Of a stretch of 64,000 bases of DNA, positions 56,164-64,000 are shown in pieces. Source of the DNA: Eledone cirrhosa (lineage: Eukaryota); assembly GCA_964016885.1 (NCBI GenBank), contig OZ024757.1, positions 40,114,001 through 40,178,000 on the forward strand, in the 5' to 3' direction. Under the pieces are notes generated by a model, which did no database searches, was not told the DNA's origin, and was given only the letters and a program-made list of their open reading frames with translations. Every line of letters begins with the position of its first letter. Position 1 is the first letter of the stretch. The position numbers and the translations under genes were made by a program.

Positions 56164-57123
56164 CCAGCAGGATAAATGGCACAATTAGGCATTTGTGCGC
56201 TTTGAACTTAGAAATAAATGAAAACTGTCATGGAAGAAACTTCGAAGCAATCTATTTGTGGCTCTAACAATTCCTTACAATCCCAGCTTCCTCACTTAAT
56301 AATTTTAATAATGAAAAATAAAAAACAACAACACTATGATAGATATATGATAGACAATGAATATTTTGTTTAGAATCACTTCTATCAGTATATAAAGTAA
56401 CTTGACAGTCATTTAAACCAATCTTTTTAATCACTGATTGAAGTGACCTCAACCAATTTCATACTTATATATCTCATAACGGTATTGTGGAGCGCCTGAT
56501 GGTAAAACCTGCTTATCAGCAAAATATATCAATCACAAATTATAGACTGTTTTTTTCTTATTATTTTCTAACCACTTTTGAACTATAGTGTACTGACGCA
56601 ATACTGGTTTTATTTACAAAATTTTCCGTCAGGTTGATTCTGTGATCTCTGAACTATGAAATTCTAATTAGATCGTTTGATTTTCCATAAAAGATTAACA
56701 GCGACTTAGCTTTTAGTTTCTTCTCATCTCATATTTTTTATTGCTTAAATAGCTTTTTTACGCATTACATGATTAAAAGAACATATTTTTTTACGATATA
56801 TTGAAGATAAATGACTTTTAGTTTCTTTGTTTAATATGTAGACCCGAGAATAGATTTCTAGAGAAGACAGATGGTTGCCCGAGTTTGTCTTTGGCAAAAA
56901 AATAATTAATTATATTCTATCATATTATTTATTTATATCAATATTAACTTTTTAGAGTTTATTTTATGTTCAGTTCCAGGAGTACCGTAATTATCGAATA
57001 TTATATCAAAGTTAATTCATTATCCGGTTTTATTAACTGGTTTATGGGTAAAGCACATGATATGAAATGCTGAGGTGTGTTGGCAATCATAATCAATGAA
57101 ATTAACCTTAGTAGAAGACCAGT

Positions 57124-57166
<43 letters not shown>

Positions 57167-57279
57167 TGTGTGTGTGTGTGTGTGCACCTAATAAATTCTT
57201 CTGTACACATCTGCCTGCCTGGTTCTCTAGTTCTTACTAATCTATTCCTTGTACCATATTTCTATCTATCTATTCATCT

Positions 57280-57311
<32 letters not shown>

Positions 57312-57989
57312 TATATATATATTATTCTATCGACTGCGGAAAGATTAAAGGCAAACTAGACCAAGATGAAGTTTGAACTGACAGTGTACAAGTACTTAAC
57401 TAAAGACATCAAAGCCTTTTATCTGTCTTCCTAACGATTATACAATAAATATAACAACATTCAATCATAGAGGATTGATAGATAAATCGACCTGGTAAGA
57501 AATAAAATAAAGTGAGTTATGAAACGGTGTATTTCTATAGAAATCCTCTACGTTTTTAAAGTCCGACTGAGTGCGTTGTAACCACTTAAACGGATGCTGA
57601 ATTACAGAAGAAAAGTGTTGATATAATTGATATAAACGAGAGAAATACTTGAAGAAGGTGGCCCCAGTATGGCACCATACTAACAGCTAAATCTAGTTGC
57701 CACCTAACAGAATATGAAGCAGTTAATTACCTATATTCTTGCCTAAAAATAACCTTAGCAATTATATATAATTCTAGCCGATGAAATGCGCGTGATTCAC
57801 ACAAATCCCAGCGGATATGATTTAGGGAGAGAATTACTTACACGAAAATATCTTTAAATCATTTTCTCAGATATCTACGAGGAATAATTTTACGTTAGAC
57901 GAATTTTTAAACCAATTACTGTACACAAAAATATAATTTCCTTGGTATGCTATAGGATAGCTCCTTCTTCATATGGGGAAATTATTGAG

Positions 57990-58020
<31 letters not shown>

Positions 58021-58024
<4 letters not shown>

Positions 58025-58127
58025 AACCAGTGGGGTCTTACTGGTTCCTATTACCCACTCTACTACCTCAAGTATTGAGTACTTTGGTGCGTTATGGTCC
58101 ACCTGGTTCCTTACCACACTTCCTTCG

Positions 58128-58130
<3 letters not shown>
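58021..58130 (+). mobile_element. Family B element with an 11-bp inverted 5' piece
   Basis: (TA)n-taggaaccagt..actggttccta-ttacccactctactacc...ttccttcgtta-(TA)n. Confidence 0.85.
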
Positions 58131-58172
<42 letters not shown>

Positions 58173-58177
58173 GGGGA

Positions 58178-58622
58178 TAATAATCGTTTCTAATTTAGGC
58201 ACAAAGCCAACAGTTATTGTTGTGGTTGGGGGAGAGGGAAAGTTGATGAAATCAACCCCAATGCATTACTGGAACTTTATTTTATCGACAACGTAAGGAT
58301 AAAAGGTAAAGCTAAGCTCGGCAAGATTTGAACTCAGAACATAAAGGGACGTAATCATATGCCTCAAAGCATATTGTCCCACACCCTACCGATACTACTA
58401 ATCGATATCCCTAAAATAATAACTTTTTCTGATTAAGGCAGAAGGCGAACAATCTTGGGTGGATGAGAATGTCGATTAAATCGACCCCACGGCGTTACTG
58501 GTACTTTATTTTATCGACCCTGTGAAGATGAAAAGCAAAGCTAACCTGGAAAGGATTTGAACTCAGAACGTAAAGTGCTAGAACAAATACAGTAATGATA
58601 TATTGTCCGAAGGCTCTATCGA
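58178..58622 (-). mobile_element. Two tandem SINE-A copies
   Basis: Family core at ~58178-58412 and ~58416-58622. Confidence 0.87.
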
Positions 58623-58949
58623 TTAACATAAGCCAGCGCTCTACCGATTCCTTTCCAATCTACTGCCCCTTTGAAACTCAATAATTGCAAGATATTGTAT
58701 TGGTATGGCTACTCTGCTTCCACAGAATGTATTAAATAACTTTGACAGGTAAGTTAATAAGGCGAAAGAGATTTCCGATAAAACTATGTCAAATATGTCT
58801 TCGATAGAAGCATTATTTGATCATATCGAAGCAGGCAAGGCAGAGCAAAGCAAGGAAAGGTCCTATAGTGTTGTAATAAGCTAATGTATCTTGAAATCTA
58901 TTCAATGATGTCACTATTGAAGAAGCTCACTTCAGAGCTCCATTTTACC

Positions 58950-59500
58950 CCCCCCCCCTCTCTCTCACACACACACACACACACATAACACTCACTCCCC
59001 CCACACATACATACACGTTCTCGCTCTCGTCTACAAAACTACACACTGTTCTATGGAAGACTTCTTACTGTCACTCTCACACACAGACACACACAGAGAG
59101 ACCCACAGAGACAAACATACACACACACACATTCTACTCAACTCTCTTTCACCCATTCACTCTCTCACGGACAGAGACACACACTCGGACACACTGTCTC
59201 ACACACAGAGACATACGCACACACACACATTACCAAACACACTCCTTATCGCACGTAGTTCTATTGAAGTCTTTTTAGTGTCACTCTACACAGACACACT
59301 CTCATATACACACTCACTGCCTCAAACACACTCTCCCCAACACTCCCACACACAGAGACAAACTCACAGACACACACACAAACTCTCATTGTCTCATACA
59401 CTCTCTCACACACACACACACACACTCTCTCCAACATACTCACACACACACCTTCCCACACGTAGTTCTATGGAAGTCTTCTTAGTGTCACTCTACAGAA
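58950..59500. repeat. CA/CT-rich region with a ~205-bp period
   Basis: gttctat(g/t)gaag(a/t)ctt.tta.tgtcactct recurs near 59048, 59258 and 59465. Confidence 0.75.
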
Positions 59501-59688
59501 TGTGAATATAAAGGAAATATCGAGCATGTAAAACTTGGCCATAAAATCTAATTCCTAATTAAGTGTCAATCATTCTCACTTCGTATGTGTGAAGCGACAC
59601 ATACGGTAGAAATTGAAATGTACGTGGTGTGTATATATATATATATATATTCATTTACACACACACATACATATAGGGATATATAAAC

Positions 59689-59733
<45 letters not shown>

Positions 59734-59734
59734 C

Positions 59735-59765
<31 letters not shown>

Positions 59766-59884
59766 CATACATATATATATACATACATATAAAGGTATAT
59801 ATATCCATATATGTATGTGTGTATAAGTGAATATATATATATATTCCTTTACACACACACATACATATATGGATATATCAACCT

Positions 59885-59937
<53 letters not shown>

Positions 59938-60294
59938 CGTATCTGTGTGGTGTGTGTTGTGTGTATATAAGCATATGCATGTATATATATACAGAGAGAG
60001 AGAGAGATAAATAGATATATATATGCGTGCATGCTTGCTTATATTTGACTGTCTAAGCGTGTGTGTGCGGTTGTATGTGTGGTATATATTTGTATATGTG
60101 GGATTTCAACAAGTCATATATGTTTCAACTGACAGCAACCTCTAGAAGGTTCTACTGTACAATAGGTGTATGCAATATTTTATCAAACGTCTCACTGTAT
60201 TTTCTTATTGTATGCTACTAGGAATAATCAGGAAAATGTTCTCTGTGTATTAGAGATAGACTTAATCTCTCCTAATCTTCTTTACTAAGATGGA

Positions 60295-60420
60295 ACTCTG
60301 GCGGAGTTGTTAAAATGTCGGCTATAATACTTTGAGGTATTTCTTCCGGTTCTCTGTTCCATAAGTTCAAATTTCTCCGAGGTCAACCTTCAATTTTATC
60401 CCTTTGTATTTCGATAAACA
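60295..60420 (+). mobile_element. SINE-A-related copy, diverged
   Basis: tggcggagttgttaaaatgtcgg...aagttcaaatttctccgaggtcaacctt...cgataaa. Confidence 0.68.
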
Positions 60421-60564
60421 TGAAGTAGTCTTGTTCTAGGGCTAATATTTCTTTAATATCTCGTTTTCATTTTCTCTGTAAGTAATTATAGGCTTAATGA
60501 TTAGAGACGTTACTCAACTATTGCTAAAGTATAAATTTATAAAATGGATCTCTATCAATTTCGA

Positions 60565-60690
60565 AGATGAGTGTTCCAGTTGTTCGATTAATGGAACAAG
60601 CTGCTTATGGAATTAATGCGGAGGTATTTGAATATTCCGCAAACACGTGCATTTTTAACGTAACACCAAAGGAGATTTAACGTGCCACAT
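60565..60690 (-). mobile_element. SINE-B 3' region, diverged
   Basis: Reverse complement resembles ~55690-55810 (cacgctgaatct...ctgttgatcg). Confidence 0.5.
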
Positions 60691-61591
60691 ATGAGTTAGA
60701 TGAAAAGCACGATGAAGAACGCATTGAAAATAATTCTATTCATTTCACAATAGTTCATTCTAAAATGGCGGCTTAGCAGAGAAGATTTAATATCAACCAT
60801 AGTACACGGCTGGAACTTTGCGAAAATTACTATGTATTTCATTAGATTGGTGAGTTCAGCTGTAATATCCCCTATAAAGAAGCCTGTTATAGATTAAATA
60901 TTTCTCCAAAGTGTGTAGAAAAGCAATCAACTTTACTAGTTAAAGTAATGAAAATGGACGCCAATCCTCGGCCTAATACCTTTCGTTATTTGTGAATACA
61001 TAAGGAAATATGATTAGTACGTAATCAGGTGAGCTCTTTTCACCCTCGAGCAAACCAGCAAGATTCCACGCCAGGTGTGGAAAACCTTTTTAATAGCTAG
61101 GGAAAATTGCAAATATAAAAGAAAATGTGCCAGTGCGTTAGCACGGAGAAAAGTAATGAATCTTTAATTTTAGAGATTCGCAGTTAGGCTGCTCATAAGA
61201 AATTACTATTTTATGCCGCTTTTCTAATTTTTTTTTGTTTTCAAAATATTTCTTAGAGGCGGCCAAAGTGTTAACATGTGAGAGACAGGTTTCTGCAAAC
61301 TTTTAGTTCAAATGGTTGAATGTTCTGCTCAAATGCGCAGCCAAACCTTTCTAAAATCACCACTTACTGTTGTATGAAATGACACAGATATTGGCAAAAT
61401 GTTCTGCACAGAGAAGGGAACATGAACCTAATTACTGTAAAATTATACGGATATATTGTATAAAAAAAAGGACTATGTTTATAATAAAAAAAAAGACTGT
61501 TTATATCTGGAATATTTTGTCGTTTGGAATTAAACTAGAGGATAGCCATCAATGTACAAACTTCATGTGTAAGTAACACGTTTAGTATGTC

Positions 61592-61754
61592 AAATTTGAG
61601 GCTCAAATTTATAGATATTGAGATCCATGCAAACAATCGAAAATTTGAGGCTCAAATGTAAAGATTGATATCAACGCTAAGAAATTCAAATTTGAGGCTC
61701 AAACGAAAAGATATTGAAATCCTCGCAGGCAATCTCAAATGTGAGGCTCAAATT
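61592..61754. repeat. Four palindromic AAATTTGAG-G-CTCAAA motifs spaced 47-49 bp apart
   Basis: Motifs start at 61592, 61641, 61688 and 61737; spacers 1 and 3 resemble each other. Confidence 0.85.
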
Positions 61755-62422
61755 AAAAAAAGAAATTAGAGCCAAACACAAAGAGGCGAATTTTTTTGTG
61801 GTTTAGGCACAGTTAAACTCTGATCAAATGAAATGCTTTAAAGAAAAAGTCGTGTGTTTTTATTTAACGAAAACATTCTAAAATGTTACCGTTAAATTTG
61901 AGCCAATGAGAACGAATGTAAGTGGTTGTTTATTCGGTTATAAATAGCACAGGGCCGGCAGAAAATTTCTGAACGACATACGAGGGAATGTTTTTCGAGA
62001 TAAGATAATATAGAACTTTGATAATTTATATCTGAAAAATACGACAGACCAACAGATGCAATAACATCTTATGTTAACTTGTTGAGGAAAGACTAGCGGC
62101 GAGTAACATCGACTGCTGTTATCTCTGTAGTGTGTCATGTTAGATTTTGGATTCCTGTGACACATGCTGTTTGGTTACAGACTGTCTTATTTATCTAACT
62201 TTCTTCAGGCTATTTTGAATCCGTAAATTATCTTTGGAACATTCTGAAATGGAAAGCCTGCTTCTAACAAGATGTATTTTTCCAAGACAACTGTGTACGG
62301 GGAATCTTTATAATGGTGATTTGTCTGTGTGAGTGTATATTAAGCCATCTCTATGTCTCTCGCATATATATAAATAATACCTTTCGTAACTTGTCCTCCT
62401 GTGTTGTTGTTTTTACTTTCCC

Positions 62423-63420
<998 letters not shown>

Positions 63421-63619
63421 TATTAGTTATACTATTTATGTTTATGTAAATACAAAACCTTAAGCAGTTGTAAGTATTTTACACACACCCTAAATAGTGG
63501 TAGGCAGTATTGTATTACTACCTTATTACCAGTAAGTTAAGTAGCTCAATGTAAAAACATCTGATGATTTACAGAGCAGTTATATGAAATATAAGAATCA
63601 AAGAACTGTTCAAAACATT

Positions 63620-63672
63620 ATTGTGCTTACAGCTGTTTCCTCCAAACCGAGGTTTGGATTCTTCGGAGCAAT
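63620..63672 (-). ncRNA. Type I hammerhead motif with a U4C core change (family H)
   Basis: Minus strand AUUGCU-CCGAAGA-aUCCAAACC(UC)GGUUUGGAg-GAAAC-AGCU-GUA^AGCAcAAU; palindromic ACAGCUGU stem III. Confidence 0.65.
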
Positions 63673-64000
63673 TTATTAATGCATGGACAGTTATATGACC
63701 TCCTTTTCAGCCGAGAGACATACCAATACATATTCAAACATTGATACATATTCAAACATTGTGGGTCAACATTCATTACAGAATTTAGAGTGGCAGTACA
63801 CACTTCGAGATTACATTTATATTAATAGGTACAATCAAAAATCAAAAATATAGGTTAAAATACAACATGAAGATAAGCGGTTATAAATCCCGACACTTTG
63901 GTTGCTCTTATGTTGGCATGTAAACAGAACTGCAGACAATGTTTCTGGGTATTACCCTTCATTAGTACAGTTCACTGTTCACCTGCCAACTGTGAGAGCT

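Noticed and set aside
61592-61754. CRISPR-like repeat-spacer appearance
   Set aside because: Repeats are only ~16 bp, spacers resemble each other, there are no cas genes, and the context is eukaryotic.

Overview
AT-rich, repeat-dominated eukaryotic DNA (intronic or intergenic). The tRNA-derived SINE family resembles the one I recognise from octopus genomes, so the taxon is an inference. I could not support any host protein-coding exon. The long ORFs in the track (YIHT/MYVC-type, or the 34-bp satellite ORFs) are translations of micro- and minisatellites. The real content is: (i) kilobase (TA)n/(CA)n compound microsatellites and several minisatellites; (ii) about 20 tRNA-derived SINE copies; (iii) a Penelope-like element (PLE) reverse-transcriptase fragment, a LINE ORF2 3' end, an internally deleted mariner and a probable hAT MITE; (iv) several unrelated short elements sitting in (TA)n runs that carry type I hammerhead ribozyme (HHR) motifs and share an 'inverted 5' piece + 3' tail + (TA)n' architecture. 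The highlight is 25441-26720: four apparently identical 310-bp non-coding units, each with a fully base-pairable minus-strand hammerhead ribozyme. This is a candidate young retrozyme-type array that could yield self-cleaved and circular 310-nt RNAs. All folds and alignments were done by eye; boundaries are approximate to a few bases.
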